NCBI GenBank assembly: GCA_905331295.1
Contig: CAJNYD010000548.1
Span: 124,001 to 183,393, forward strand
Direction of reading: 5' to 3'
Length of the DNA: 59,393 nucleotides
From: Rotaria socialis
Lineage: Eukaryota
This document shows positions 1-14,100 of the stretch, one piece after another; position 1 is the stretch's first letter, and each line of letters opens with the position of its first letter. The notes below the pieces were generated by a model. It worked only from the letters and a program-made list of their open reading frames with translations, was not told where the DNA came from and searched no databases. A program made the translations under genes and the position numbers.

Positions 1-2580
1 AACATTTTCTGTAGACAAATTGATTTAATAGTTTAGTCGTATGGCTATTCATCAGAATATTTCACATCAATAGTATTCATAGAATGGCACTCAATCTTAT
101 CATTAATTGATTGCATAATTTTCGTATCTTAGATAGTGTGACACGCTTTTTTAGGGTTATCTGATGAGTTTCTATTACTTTCTCTAAGGATAAGATAATA
201 AAAACGTCTGTCACTGATGACTGTTAATAGCAACGGAAATAAAACAATTAATAAATACAGAACATTGTAGTGCATTGCAGCATGAATCAAGCAAGATCGT
301 TACTCGTGAAACAAGTGCCTACTGGCAAGTGGATGAAACTTCAGTTATTTTGACACATTAATCTAAGTGGTGACGACTTCACTATAGTCTTCAACGGTGA
401 GCGTGAGTGAATGAGAGATAAAATTTAAAGATCTGGCAACTCTATTTCAGGAACTACAATTTTACACTATTGTATCAGATTTGTGTCACTTAAAGGTATT
501 GCTTTTAAGAGAAAAAACTGAGCACACTTTAGTTAATTACAATGCTACTGAGTTATAAGGAAATGTGAATATCAGATGTAACAGAAGTATGAGTTCAGCC
601 ACTACTGCGCCGCTTAGTTTATTTCGTAATTTAACGGTCTATTATTCACATAATATAGATCATTCAATACTGCGTGAAAAATATGCCAAAAATAAAACTA
701 AAAGATTATTCGTCAAGGCTACAGGAGATGAGAGCTATTCATTTTTTAAATTCAGTAAATCAGAATCACAAGTAAGTAACACTTGTTCTAGGGGATATTC
801 AGATTTATCGAAATTTATTAAAATATCTTTGAGCATAAGAAAATACGCCAGAATTACTTCACTTTTTAAAATCGATTTTAAGCTTAGCTCTGAAGTGTGT
901 ATGAGCAATAATACTAGTTCGACAGTGAATTTGCTATGTATAAACTCGCCATTTTTAGTATTACTTGGTTTTGTCGAAATAATTAATACTCAATGGGCAT
1001 GTTTTTGTTTACTTCAATGAAATTTAATGCATTTCTTCAGAATCTTTCTGCCATACAATGCACTCGTTCGATGATGAAATTCAGAAAAATTGAAGAGAAA
1101 TTGCTAATTATTTTGCTATATCCTTTGAATGAAACTCGTAATATATTATATTGAAAATTATTCTGAACTGAGCATGATCAAGATTCATGAAAAATAAGGT
1201 CTCTTCTTGGATAAGATGTTATCTAAAATAGTAATAAATTTGATAAGTATATTGATAAATTTGTCTAATTAAGAGGAAAAACAGAGTCGAAGATCCCATT
1301 TCTGCGTAATAGTAGCCTCGAACCTTGAATAACTCAAAAATAAAACGTACACTCGATTTTAAGTATAAGTCATATCGTTGATAAATGCAATTTATATCAT
1401 CATAAAAACAGCGGCAGTTTTTTCAATTTTTTCCGTCATAAATAAAGGCATCTCATAGACTTTTCCTCTGATGCATACTATAATTTCATAAGAATCTCTA
1501 TAATAGTTGCCATAGAATGTGCACAGCTACTCTATCGTCTTGACGAAAAGAACAAATACGCAATTACGCTTAAACTTAAAATATAATTCAATTGAAATCC
1601 GTCCTAAAAATTATTTTCAAACTTTTACTCTTAATTGAGGGAGAATAATTGATCGAAACGACAAATCGATTAGGTTATTTTTAAGCACTGCAGATGTTTG
1701 CGTTTTGCATGTTTGAGGTTATCCAACTCATTTTGGTGACAAATATCTGTTTGAATGATAATAAACATAATCCATCATACGCGAATGGAGTGTCGTCGTT
1801 GTTTTGAAATATGACGCGAGAAATTATTGTGATGATTGATCTTTTGTCTGATCAGCTAACAATAGTCAATAATAGAATTATACCATTTTTATACATATGA
1901 AAATATCAACTACGAAAAACACATAAGCAACGCTATTGAATGACTGATGCATTGTGGATTTCAAGTTCGAATTCTAAGACAATTTTTATTTAACAAAAGA
2001 TACTCTTTTTAATTCATTCTTTTATGTGAAGAATTCGTTAATGATATCAATGAAATCATCTGATATAAAACTAAAATACGTAGAATGCGATTATGCCTAC
2101 GTACATGATATTTAGTAACTGATGAGTCTACCGATAATTACAACTAATTAACAATAAATCTCTCAAAAATTTAAGATTATTTTTTTGGAAAAATTAGAAT
2201 ATAATTTACAATTTATCGACAACATTTTAAAACTTGTTGTTTTTTCTATTTCTCGTAACTGAACATTGCAAAATAATCCTAATTGCTTGTATTTATCGAG
2301 GTAGTAGTTAATATTCTACAAGCAGCACGATGCTAATGAGTACCGTACAAGAATGAAATTCCTCTTTCAAGAAACATTTAAACAGGTGCTTTATTATAAG
2401 AGACTCGAATGTAATATGAGTCATTCCAAAGAAAACATGTTTTATTCCGAAGGACTTTGTCAGACGCCAGATTGAATTTATTGACAAGCATGCTGCTTTT
2501 TTCATTCAAGGGGAAGAAAAATAATTATAATGATAGAAAAGGAATATTTTGTATCAAAACAATCTAAAGAATAAAGTTGT

Positions 2581-2585
2581 AAAAA
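2581..2585 (-). terminator. Pol III oligo-T terminator of tRNA-Lys
   Basis: TTTTT on the minus strand, 3 nt after the tRNA 3' end. Confidence 0.7.
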
Positions 2586-2588
2586 CAG

Positions 2589-2661
2589 CGCCCAACGTGG
2601 GGCTCGAACCCACGACATTGAGATTAAGAGTCTCACGCTCTACCGACTGAGCTAGCCGGGC
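2589..2661 (-). tRNA. tRNA-Lys (anticodon CTT)
   Basis: The reverse complement is GCCCGGCTAGCTCAGTCGGTAGAGCGTGAGACTCTTAATCTCAATGTCGTGGGTTCGAGCCCCACGTTGGGCG. It is 73 nt, folds as a full cloverleaf, has intact A and B boxes and is near-identical to canonical eukaryotic tRNA-Lys(CTT). Confidence 0.97.
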
Positions 2662-4564
2662 AGCTGCGAAGAATTGTTGCATAGCTAACCAAAACGATGA
2701 CCTTGATTTACTAGAAAGTTTTCCCTATGAAATTTAATTAAAAAATGCATTTTTGAAAGCATTTTAATTTCGAATTCGGCTAAATTCATAATTCTTAGAA
2801 ACGAAAGAATGATCGGACGTTCTTCTTACGAATATAATGAATCATTTTTATCAACGTTTTAAATTCAAGTTGAGAGTATTTTCAATAAAGCATCGTTTCC
2901 TACAACTGTAAACAATTTATGAATGCATTGAAAATAAAATAATTTATACTCATTTAATGGTTACGGCGAGCAATGAAACACTTGACAAGCAATATGTAAA
3001 GCATAGAATCAGCAATGATCGTAGAACTTTCGACACTCATACGCATGTCAGAAGCAGGCATTCCAGATCTTCTGATTTGACTCTTACAGTAACATTTGAA
3101 CTAGGATGTGAAGTCAAAAAAGAAGAGATATAGTTGCTGCAATAATTAATAAATACAATCACCACTAGGAAAGTGCATCGCTTTTGCTTTTTTTCCTCAA
3201 ACTAAAATTGCCGTTTTACTAAATAACGTATTTTTTAATTATAGAGTTTAATAATTGACTCTAAAGTTAATAGATACTGTATAATCATCATTAACAGTAC
3301 ATAAACATTATGTACCCAGGCCAAGGATTATGGGCTTTGCATGTGACTGGAAACAATCGTTCATGCTCTCTATACGAACGCGTTTGATCCTCTGAGTTGT
3401 TAAATAAAAACGTTGACATAAATAAGTGTATTTAAGTGAACGAATAGATTAAATTTTCATAGGAATACAAAGAATAAAGAGAATTGCTCACATAAAAATA
3501 AACGGCAGTTAAAAAATGAAAAAAAAATTATCGTTATTATTGTTAAAAACAATAGAGAAATTGAAAATATTCTAATTATTTAAGTGTAATGCACTCAAGA
3601 GAAGTTAGTTGTTTTCTAAAGATAACTCTTCTTTTCTTTTTAAAAATAGAACAAAATCATAACGAAATTACGCAATAACCTTGCACAACCTCAAACAAAC
3701 GCAACATATATAGCAACACATATAGAGAAGGAATCGATGAGCCGCGATCTCGGTCTAATCATTGTATTGAGACTAAAGCAACTACTTACTGGCTATCTTT
3801 ACGTGGCGACACGAAAGAGATAGCCCCGGATCGAGATCAAATCGACACTCGTCACATTTTTTTTTCTTCTTCTTCATTCCCCTGTAATGTCTCGAATTCA
3901 GTAACGCTCTATGACAACAGCATATTATTACGCATCAAATATAAACAGAACTATTTTAGTAACAAAAAAAAATTAGCATTTTTAAAATTAATCATCAAAG
4001 CGTACTAAGCTCGTGATAATATGTAAATTAAATGCTATTGTAGTTCATTATGAAAGTTTTACACGTAACAAAATAAAAACAGGAATTTATTTATCAGTTT
4101 TCAAATCAAATATAACTATTCGAAGGTAATAATTTTAAAATTAGAAAATACCATTGAAGTGAGATCGATTTGGTGTCATATTTTTCTCAATGAAATTGTA
4201 AGGGTATATATCACTATCGATCATATCTGAAAGAAAAGCCTTGTAAAAGATAGCTAGCTAATCAAATATATATAACATGTTGTTTCTTGTTATTTGGAAG
4301 AACAAATCATGCTATTAGTCATTGTATTTATAGGACATAGCAGTTCCGTTTTTTATATTTTGCTTTTTTTTATCACTTGTTTGTCTATGCGTTACATTTC
4401 TCTATTCCTTACATTCAATTCAATTTCTATTTCTATTGGATTAAAAATAAAATTTACGATATTCTATAGTTCCCCTTATAGTATTTTCACTAGAAATTTC
4501 TTCACTCGATTTTATTTTTTCTGTTTTATAATCGCTGAAAAATCTTTTGTTGATGCACAACCTA

Positions 4565-4610
4565 TACAGATTAAGACGTACTGGATTAAGGCATACCGGA
4601 TTAAGACATA
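4565..4610. repeat. Three-copy ~15 bp tandem repeat (TACyGGATTAAGACA)
   Basis: Units tacagattaagacg / tactggattaaggca / taccggattaagaca, about 160 bp upstream of the ATG at 4767. Confidence 0.7.
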
Positions 4611-4766
4611 AAAGAATAACACGCCCTGATTTCGGCGTACAGATAAAAATGTTAGAACTACAATATGATTTCATTTACGATTTAGTCGTAATCAAGATTG
4701 CATTTAGTAATGATCTGCCGTTTTTGTATCAATGTTTGCCAGAGAAACCATGAAGCGGATTATACA

Positions 4767-7276
4767 ATGTCATTTATACGAGTGGTTTTCATGTTCATCT
4801 GCGTTACTCATTTGATCATGATCGACGCACAAACAGCCACATTAAACTCTTGTGGAGGTCTAGGCTCTCAAGAAAATACTCTTCAATTGATACGAGAACA
4901 AAAAGTGGCCACTTCTTTTGCAGATTCGTCTTCGTAAGTGATCGATGTCTTCATTAGAAACTTTTAAAGTTATAATTCATCTTCTTGAGATTCTTTGAAG
5001 ATAGAAAATCTTTTAAGCAATTTTCAGCCTATCAAATAAGCGGCTTTTATTCTATTTATGACGCATACACTACGGATTAATAATCGAATTACACAAATTC
5101 TATCTGTCTTTGGCTAGAATAACTTGCTAAATTGTAGAGTCATGCATTCCTTACAGTCCGATCTAATTAAATTCGAGATATTTTGCTTGACTTGTGCTAT
5201 TCATTGATCGTCATCTTGGTGTTGTCGGTCTAAACCATCAGATAAATACGATTTATCAATTCTTCAAATTTTTTTCGCTTACGGTTGCCCTTAACGCAAA
5301 AATGCTGAGTAAAAAGTCTAATACATACTAGATTAAATCTGAAAATTTGTATTTATAATGAACTATACACATTGACTAAGTTACTAAGCTTTTCACTTCA
5401 TATTTTTCATCAAGCAATGTACTACGATATTCCCTAAAATGTTGCTTCTATATTTTTTGTTTTATTAGCATTTCTGAAGTCTGCAGATATATAGAAATTC
5501 CTTTGATAGTGATTGAAAGTTCATCATCCTAAACTGTCTGGCATATGAGCTGCTACTCATGCGTTGGCGCTGTACCATGTGTTTAATGAAATTGTAACAG
5601 CCCAACAAATTACTTCTTGTGTTTTTGTGTTGTTATTATTATTATGTTTCTAAAAGTTATCCTCAATCAAACCATTTAATTTATTGTTAGTCCACATTTT
5701 GTATTTGGAGTATAAGTATAGTACTTGACTTAATTCTTGGTTTTCTGTTATTACTTTACTGTTTGCCTATATAAGCATGTACTTTGTATGTAAGCAGCGC
5801 GATGGAGAATATGAAAAGAACGAATAGAGCGCAATATCATCAGCACTAACATTGCTTGTATCTGAAACTCGTCACGGAAATATTTAAAATTTATAATTAA
5901 ACGCTTCGATAGATGGGTGTTCTGAAAAATAGAAAGTTCTTTAGAACTTCAATTATTTTGTAGATGTTTTTTTTTAGAGCTTTCAAGATTGATAAACAGA
6001 GTGAAAGTTCATCTCTCTGTCACAGTAATCATCAGATCAATTTTTCTGGATGCGAAAACGCAAATAAAATAGTAAATAACTTATTTATTGTGGTCTATGT
6101 AACATTACATCGATGGTAAATCCGTTGAAAAGGCAAATATACTTGCCCATAAGTATATTAGGTATTGCTAATTAGAAGAAGTCTGAATTTCAGCTTTCAG
6201 AACTACTAAAATAAAGTGACCAGTGAGACAAGATTATAGATCCAAGTTTGAACTCGAATATGTTGTCACATTTAGATATAACCAGATCGAAGTCTGTCCT
6301 AATCATTTCGAAGCATCCGATGTTTTGCTGTATCGTGACAGCCAAATGATATTTGTAGTTTTCGACAACACATATCATATTGGCACCATTTGTACACCAT
6401 TTGGCCAATCTTTCAACTGTACCGATCAGCTACTTGCTTGGCCAGATGCATCATTAGCCACGACAGACTCCCAGTTCGAAGGGATTACTTATAACTCAAT
6501 CAACGATACCTATTTCGTGGCACAAGAAACAATCCAAACCGAGATGAAAGAAGTTTTCCGGGCTAATATTTTTGAGATTCGTATCATACTTACAGATTCT
6601 ACACCTATTCGTGTACTAGAATCTTGTACAATCAATTGGGACTTCCCAACAGATAATAAGGGTATCGAAGGTCTCGAATTTGTTACTCATCAAGGTTCTG
6701 GTCACAGTTATCTGTTGGGATTATGCGAAGCTAATGATTGCAATCCTAAATCAACATCAAACAATAATGGACGCATTTTAGTGCTTGAAAAGAAGGAAGC
6801 TACTAAAACATGTAAGGGAAATTATATTTAAAGAGATCTATAATAAAATCATTTCAGCACTTTGTAGTTGGGAACCAGTTGGCACACTTGTTATACCATC
6901 GACGGTTCATTTCGACGACTATTCATCGTTGTCAATTTACCATCGAAAAGCAAATGAGTTACCAGCGTATGTTGCAGTAACCAGTCAACAGATGAGTCAA
7001 GTATGGGTCGGTATGATTGAAGAGATCTATCAAGCACCTTTCTTTTCACTTTCATCATTAAATAATAACACCATTTATGATCTGCCAAGAACACATGCAG
7101 CAACATCAGAATGTGGAATGAAATATTGCAATATAGAAGGCGTAGCATGGCAAGATGGAAGTGAACTCATTCTGGTGTCTGACAAGGCCAAAAATGATCA
7201 AGATACTCAATGTAGGGAGAAAGAGCAGAGTATACACTATTTTTTTTGCCGTAAAATCTGTCAAACTAAAAAATAA
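4767..7276 (+). CDS. Secreted uncharacterised beta-propeller-like protein of bacterial/algal type (SdiA-regulated/phytase-like resemblance); 3 exons
   Basis: Exons 4767-4933, 6276-6811 and 6858-7276 are joined by phase-compatible GT-AG introns. The N-terminus is signal-peptide-like (MSFIRVVFMFICVTHLIMIDA). Blade-type motifs recur: FEASDV, VVFDN, FEGIT, KGIEGLEF, LLGLCEAN, FDDYS, VTSQ, YCNIEGVAW, VSDKAK, EQSIHYF. The family is assigned from motif recall. Confidence 0.75.
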
Positions 7277-7825
7277 TATTCTACTTTTGAGTTCATTAAA
7301 ATAGTGTGCTTATTCCAATCGAAGTTTCATTTAATAAAACGATTAGTCAACCATAGTTCTATAAAGATCGCATTGTGTTCGATTCAATGATATACAAGAA
7401 TCAATTGAGATTTCAATTAGGAGTATAAATTCTGTTGGCCACGATGAGCGTGTATAGAAAGTCATATCTAGTTCAATCTATTAGAATTCTAATTCTAGAT
7501 AGCAGTATTTCAAATAGATGCGACTCAAAACAGCTTGTTTGAATATGGAGTGATAATAGAATCTGTAGATCAAACTTGATCCTGACCAAAAATGAATCAT
7601 TGAAAAGTGTAGATTTGTGACGAAGTTTTGAGTAGTAAAAATGTAGCGTCATTGTAAAGAAAACATGACTGGAAAAAGAAACTCGATAACACTTATCTTA
7701 AGAGATGCTTTGTAATTATTAATATAATGACTTATGCTATTATAAAATAAATAAATGTATTTAATTGGCCTTTCTTCCCAAAGACAAAAGAGTAAATGCA
7801 TATAAAAAAAAATATAAAGAAGTTA

Positions 7826-10026
7826 TCAATTGTCCCATCCACCGAGATGTTGCATATTGACTTGTCGTCGTTTGAATTCACTTTTAAAATCATTACCAAG
7901 ATAGTCAAGATCTTTTTCATCTCGAATAACGCCCTTAAATGATAACAAAATTTTAGAAAAATTCTCGAGCCCCTTTCTTTTTGTACCTTGGGTAAATATC
8001 CCAATAAACGATGCGCATGTTCACGAAGTAATTTAATACGTTCTTCTTCAATAATTTGTTTTCGAACATGTTCAACACGTTCACCTTCAATGCGTTCAGC
8101 AACTTCACGTTGCTAAATAAAAAAATTTATGAATCACCATATGAATAGTTACGTAAATACAAACTTTATCAACTGTCATTTGATGACGACGTTGTTCAAG
8201 TAAATTATCAACAGCTTTTTTATGTTCCATTTGTTTTATACGACGTTTTTGAGCATTCATTTGTTCAATACGATCATCTTCTGCAAATTTTGTCATCAAC
8301 TATAATAAAAAAGGAAAATTTCTATAGTAAAAAGTATTGTCATATTGTTTTCCAACTTGTTGTCGAAATCTATCTTCTTCTTGTTTAATTTCTCCGTCAC
8401 GTAAATGTTTAAATTGTATTTGTTCATCACGTTCACGTTGTAATTCAAGGCGTTGTTTTATACGTGCTTCCATCTCATCACGCTCACGTCTTCGTACCGC
8501 TTGTTCTTGTTCTTCCAAATATAGTTCTTGTCGTACTAATTCTTGTTCTTCACGTTCTTCACGATCACGTTTTATCTGATCAGCTAATGTACGTTGTACA
8601 TTATCTAGAGCTTGTTCTCGAGCACGTTTTTCAGCTTTCGCCACGTCCTCACGTTGTTGTTGCGTGTAAGCATATTCTTTTATGCGACGATTTTCTTCTT
8701 CCATGCGTTGGCGTTCCATAACTTTCCATTCTTCACGTTTACGTTTAAACTCAACTATAAAATCACGGGTAACACGTTGACGTTCAAATTTACGTTCAGT
8801 TTCCCTGTAGAGAAAAATAAAGTAGTATTATCAAATTGGCATCTATCGTTGAAATCGAGTTTGTTGGGAAATTCCTAGGGGTTGGCGAATGATTATTCTA
8901 AGATTCATTGAATTTCAATCATAGCAGAGTGTAAAAAAACATGGATATCTATTGTGTTAGATTTTCAAATAAAAAGTTGAGCTTTAGACAGGCTACAATG
9001 TCACAGTAAAATTCATTCATAGACGTAAATCCATTATTAGAATGATTTAAGAAAATAATAATTATATATTATTCGCCAAGTCTACAGGCATGATCTCTGT
9101 GAAATGAACACAAATTAAACTGATCAAAGTTTGTTCTAGAATTGTTCATAGAATGTTGAAGAAAAAAAAAACATACCGTTGATCTTCTTCATAGATCTTT
9201 CTGACGATTTCGTCCACAACCAATTTTTCTCGTAGAAATTCTTCATAAGCTTTCTGTTTACCCAGTGCTTTTTCTTCAAGTTGTCGTTCAAGTTCTTGTT
9301 TATAACGAATCATTTCTTGTTGTCGAATGATTTCACGTTGGCGACGATCTTGTTCATCTTTATCAGTTTCAGTACGCATGCGTCGAACTATTTCAGCATC
9401 TTCTAAATATGAATCAAATTTCAGTGCTTCTTTTTCAGCCATTTGTGCTGTGCGTGCCTTTTGTACGTAAGCAGCACGTAATTTTGATTCTAAATCACGC
9501 AATTCATAGCTGGTTTCACTAAAGAAGATTTTTTTTGCTAAGTAAAAATGAATATTTTATTTTTTTTCGTAAATACCGAACTTGTTGTCGCATTTTTTCA
9601 TCGCGAAATTTTTCAAGTTTGACTCTTTCAAGCTCCGCAGCTAGACGTTCGTTTTGACTACGCATTTCAGTGGCTTGCTGTTTTTCTGTTTGTACTCGGA
9701 TAATTGAATCTTCCATTGCTCGATCACGTTCAACACGTGCTTGCTCACGTACATGTCGTTTATTGACTGTGTTACCTGCAAATTGTTGCATTTCAGTTTC
9801 AATGCGACCTTGTGTTAATTGTCGTTCGCGTAGAACTCGATCTGCTTCAAGTTCACGTTGAGTATTCTGATTAGCAATCCAATTAATGGTAGCATTATTA
9901 CTACTACCACCACCACCACCACCACGACCACCAGCACCTTGATGTTTGTTAAATTGATGAGAGAACGCCTATGCAGAACTATGCGTATAGATACAGATGT
10001 GTTCTTTTCGTTAGTGAACTTACCAT
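7826..10026 (-). CDS. MNS1: Meiosis-specific nuclear structural protein 1 (trichoplein-family coiled coil, ciliary microtubule inner protein)
   Basis: The spliced product has DEKMRQQVR, ELRDLESKLRAAY, KFAEDDRIEQMNAQKRRIKQMEHKKAV and LLGYLPK|GVIRDEKDLDYLG, matching MNS1. The ATG at 10026-10024 is followed by intron 10023-9969. The last intron is 7986-7934 and the stop is TGA at 7828-7826. Confidence 0.92.
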
Positions 10027-11110
10027 ATTTATGAACAAAATTTGATACGTCTAGCTTAATAAAAAAATAGATTTTTTCAATTGTCACATGGGTTGTATCG
10101 TTATGTTTGACTAAACAAGCACACAGTTGTCTTTCACCATTCTCTATAATTACGCTATAGCATTAACCTCTGATTTCGATATTTTCATTCGATTGAAACA
10201 TTTTTTTCGTGAATAGACAACTTAGTAAAACAGTGAAATAATGCATCCTAGTGATTCTCATGTTTTGTACTTACTTTCTTAGTTAAATAATAGATGTCGA
10301 TAGGTATACAGAAAAACATTTGTCCTCATAACTAAATTCTACGGAAGTCATGCTGTTCAATACCAATACTTACTCTCGTAGTTAGCGTATTATTCTGTTC
10401 TTTTCAAAGTAAAAGTTGTAAACAGTTAGATTCTCTTGTTTGCATACATAAAATAATATAATAAAGATATCAAAATGATTGTGAAAGTATAACTTAGATT
10501 GCCAAGAAGTAGAATTTTTTTAAAAATATATTTCATTCTTTTGATTTATTTGCATGTATTGAAATAGGTTTTTATTGAATTCCAGCAGTTTTTGCTGTTG
10601 CTGTGAAGAGTTACTTGATTTATTTTATCTATCCCACTCTATACTACCCAACAGCAATGGATTGAGGATATTATCGTGCACTTAAACCTGCAAGTCATTC
10701 ATATTAAAAACAAATCGATTTCATTTATGACTCAACAGCTTTTAGTAAAACAAATTAACCCATCATATATTCAAAGTATAATCAGAAATGAAACTAAAAA
10801 AATCAATAAAACAATCAACTTTATATTGAATTCTCAAGCAGAACGAATAGATGAGCTTCTTTCTTTTTTGTATGCAGTTTATTAATTATGGTCACATTTC
10901 AGTACGCCCACAATCCTTTAATAACGTTGCTATTTATTTTTGTCTAGAACTTTAAAAATCAAAAATTAAATCAGAATCTTTTGTTTATTCTTTTAAAATA
11001 AAAATTGAAAAAAAAAGAAAAACCATATTATGAGTAAAGATTATTAGTTTTTGTGGAATATGTATTTTGAGTTTTGCTATTATCAGTAATAATTACTTTT
11101 TACAGTCATC

Positions 11111-14100
11111 TCAATTGTTGGATGTATCTAATGTTGATAAGGGATGTGACGTATTTATACCAAGATCTTGAAGCATAATACTATATTCGACATTAAATCG
11201 TTTACGTTCATGTGTTGTTTTATCTGCCATTTTCGGATCATCTGAATGACCTGTTGAAGCAAAAGTATCTTGTTCGTCGGCATCCGTTGGTGTTGGTTTT
11301 GAAACAGGCAATTCACGCCAATTTAAGGCACTAAGTATGTCATTATAATCAATGCAGCCATCTTCTTGAGTCATACTAATGTAAGAAAAAAAAGAAAAAC
11401 AAATAGCCATCTTGAATTTTGATATTTTAAATAAAAATCTACCGAGTGAGAAGTGTATTTAAAAGATAGTCAGGTAATGGAACATGAACAGATCGTACAG
11501 CATTACGAACGTCTTCAATAGATAATCGACCATTTCGACTAAATGATAATCATGAAAAAAAATATATAAATCCATACGACAATGAACTTACTTTCGATCA
11601 CGTTTAATGAAATTTTCTTTTAATGGTAATAAATGTTCATAATTATTTTTTCGTAAATGTTCTTGAGCAACAGCAACAATAGAATAAATATCGTGTTCTT
11701 TCAAACTTTTTTGAGCATAATAACGCGCAATTGTTATGATTTCATGATCAACTAACACGTTTCCAACAAGATTTTTCATTAAACCATAAAAGGTTTCATA
11801 ACCAAAGTAACCTTTACGTTGTGGATCATGTTGTTCAAATTGCGCTACAGCATCAGCATTGTTGGTTAAATATTGTCGTAATTTTTCTAAGATTAATTTT
11901 TGATTTGCAACAGCAAAACTATAACATTCTTTTTCCATTAATTTATAAGCATATTCATCAGCATCATATATATAAAAGTCAAAACCATTGATGATAACAC
12001 GAGCTCCAACATAAAAGTCTGTGCCATTGAAATATTCTGATACTTCAAGTGGATATCGTGGTTGATTCGGTTTTTTTACTTTTTGACGTTCAAGAAATTT
12101 ACCACCTCCGATGCCTAGATAAAATATGGAAACAAAAAAATAAAATAAAAAGAATTCAGTTGTTTAGGGTCGCTTTTTATTACCTGAGTTTCGTACTGGT
12201 GGTTCATGAATATTGATAGTATCATCGGCAAGATAATACGCTATAACAAAACGTCGTGCAGCTTGTATTGGATCTTTAGTTATGACTTTAGCCATGAAAC
12301 GAAGAACGTTACTTTCAAGACCTTGACTGAAAATAAATAAAATATGATAAATATATTTTGAAGGTGTATAATCAATGAAGGATTCATCATAGTCTAGAAT
12401 TTGAAAAAAAAAGTCTCTAAGAGATATAAAAATTTTCGAATATGGAATATTTTCTATAAATAGTGTTCTCTACAGAAGACTCAGCTTAAAATTTTCTATG
12501 ACTACTGACATTGAAACCAGAAAATCACATCAAACCTAGTGGTTCCTCCTCATTACCAACTGCATTATAATAGACACTTTTTCCAGTAGAAATCTTAAAT
12601 CGGTCAGATTAATTTATAGAGAAAAACAGTACTGTTCATCTTCTTTCTTGAAAATTTATTTATATGAAAAAAAATTTGCACTAGACTTATGATACTGTCT
12701 TGTGTGTAACTTTGAAATCGTTTACATACCGATCAAATCCCATAAATTTATTGAAGTCTTTTTTAACTGGTTCTGGAAGCAACTTTTTCGTTGAATTCAG
12801 TGAATCTTCTTCTGAGCCAAAACCCGTGTCTATGTAACGAGAAAAAACAATTTTATTTAGTGCTCTAGTTTACATTCTTACACGGATAGCTTTGTCTCAA
12901 TGCTTTATAATCATTTCCTTTGCTATAATTAATTGGTGTAAAATCTTGTACACCATATTTGGAACGATAATAATTTCTTGTGAATTCATCACAATCAGTT
13001 AGTAAAACTTTACGTTCGTATACATTAATTAATTGACCAATGGCTAAATCTTGATCACTATAATATTTTTGATCGACAGCACCTGTCTACATAGTTTTTA
13101 GAAGAAGAAAAAGGTAAAGAATTAAAATCATTTTATCTTTCATATTTCTTGTCTTTTACTTTAAGATTATCAAGAATCCATCGTTGTTTATTTAATTGAC
13201 CGAATACATTCAGTACTGTTCGTTGTGCATTTTCACCTGGTAACCGTAATCCATTAAAATCTTTTGGTAATTTACTTCGAGAGAGATATGTTGGTGGTGC
13301 ATCGCGCCCGGAATTCGGTGGAAGAATTTCACGAATTTCCATTGTATCATCTATACATGAACAAAAAAAAGATAATGATTGTTTAGTTTTACTTCTTTTT
13401 TTCAGTTTGTTACCGGCAAGAAAATAATGTACAACAAAATTTCGTACATCACCATATAGACTTTCTGAATCATCCCAAACACCCCAAAAACGTAAGACAT
13501 GTGTATCATGATTAATGAATTGTTTTAATGAATCAATTCTTTCATATGGTCGAAGTGGATTTTGAGTACCATCAGACTAATAAAGTCAAAAAATATACAT
13601 ATATATATATATATATATACTGGAAATTTCAAAAAACGATTGTAGAGATTATAGGACGTATTCAGTGAGAGTATTATTGATTTAAAAAGTTTCTAAACAT
13701 GATTGAGCCTGATCATTAGCAGAAAATAGCACAAACACAATTTAAAATTACTTCATGTTGAGTTTTGTTTTGTGAAAATTACATAGATTGTGTTTTTAAT
13801 TCGTAATCTATGCGTCTTATGTAGACTCGGAAGCAGCACAAAACTTTTGTGCTAACTTCTGTAATCAATAGAAAAATGAAGAAATCTTTTGTCTGATATT
13901 TTTCTTATAGTAAATACATATTACAAATATTTAGTTGCTTTCATATTAGTTTATTTTGTATTGTGTTTGATCAATATCATAGGATGAGAACAAGATTCTC
14001 TTCCAGGGTAGTTCGAGGTAAAGCAAAAATTGTATACCGTGATACTTTTAGGTCTATAAAACGGATCTGGAAAAACATAATTTTAATAGTGGTTAAAAGG

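Noticed and set aside
138..218. CTGATGA motifs and a weak inverted repeat suggesting a hammerhead ribozyme
   Set aside because: No correctly placed GAAA or stem II/III. The other CTGATGA sites I inspected also fail.
565..1020. 151-aa ORF
   Set aside because: GTG start, no recognisable motifs and no convincing exon structure on either strand.
8337..9861. Plus-strand Ser/Arg/Cys-rich ORFs
   Set aside because: Antisense shadows of the MNS1 coiled-coil exons.
9815..10087. ORF with poly-Val that looks like a membrane protein
   Set aside because: An alternative frame of the MNS1 GGT (poly-Gly) repeat.
12380..12510. Weak inverted repeat in an EFHC2 intron
   Set aside because: Too degenerate, with no definable TIR or TSD.
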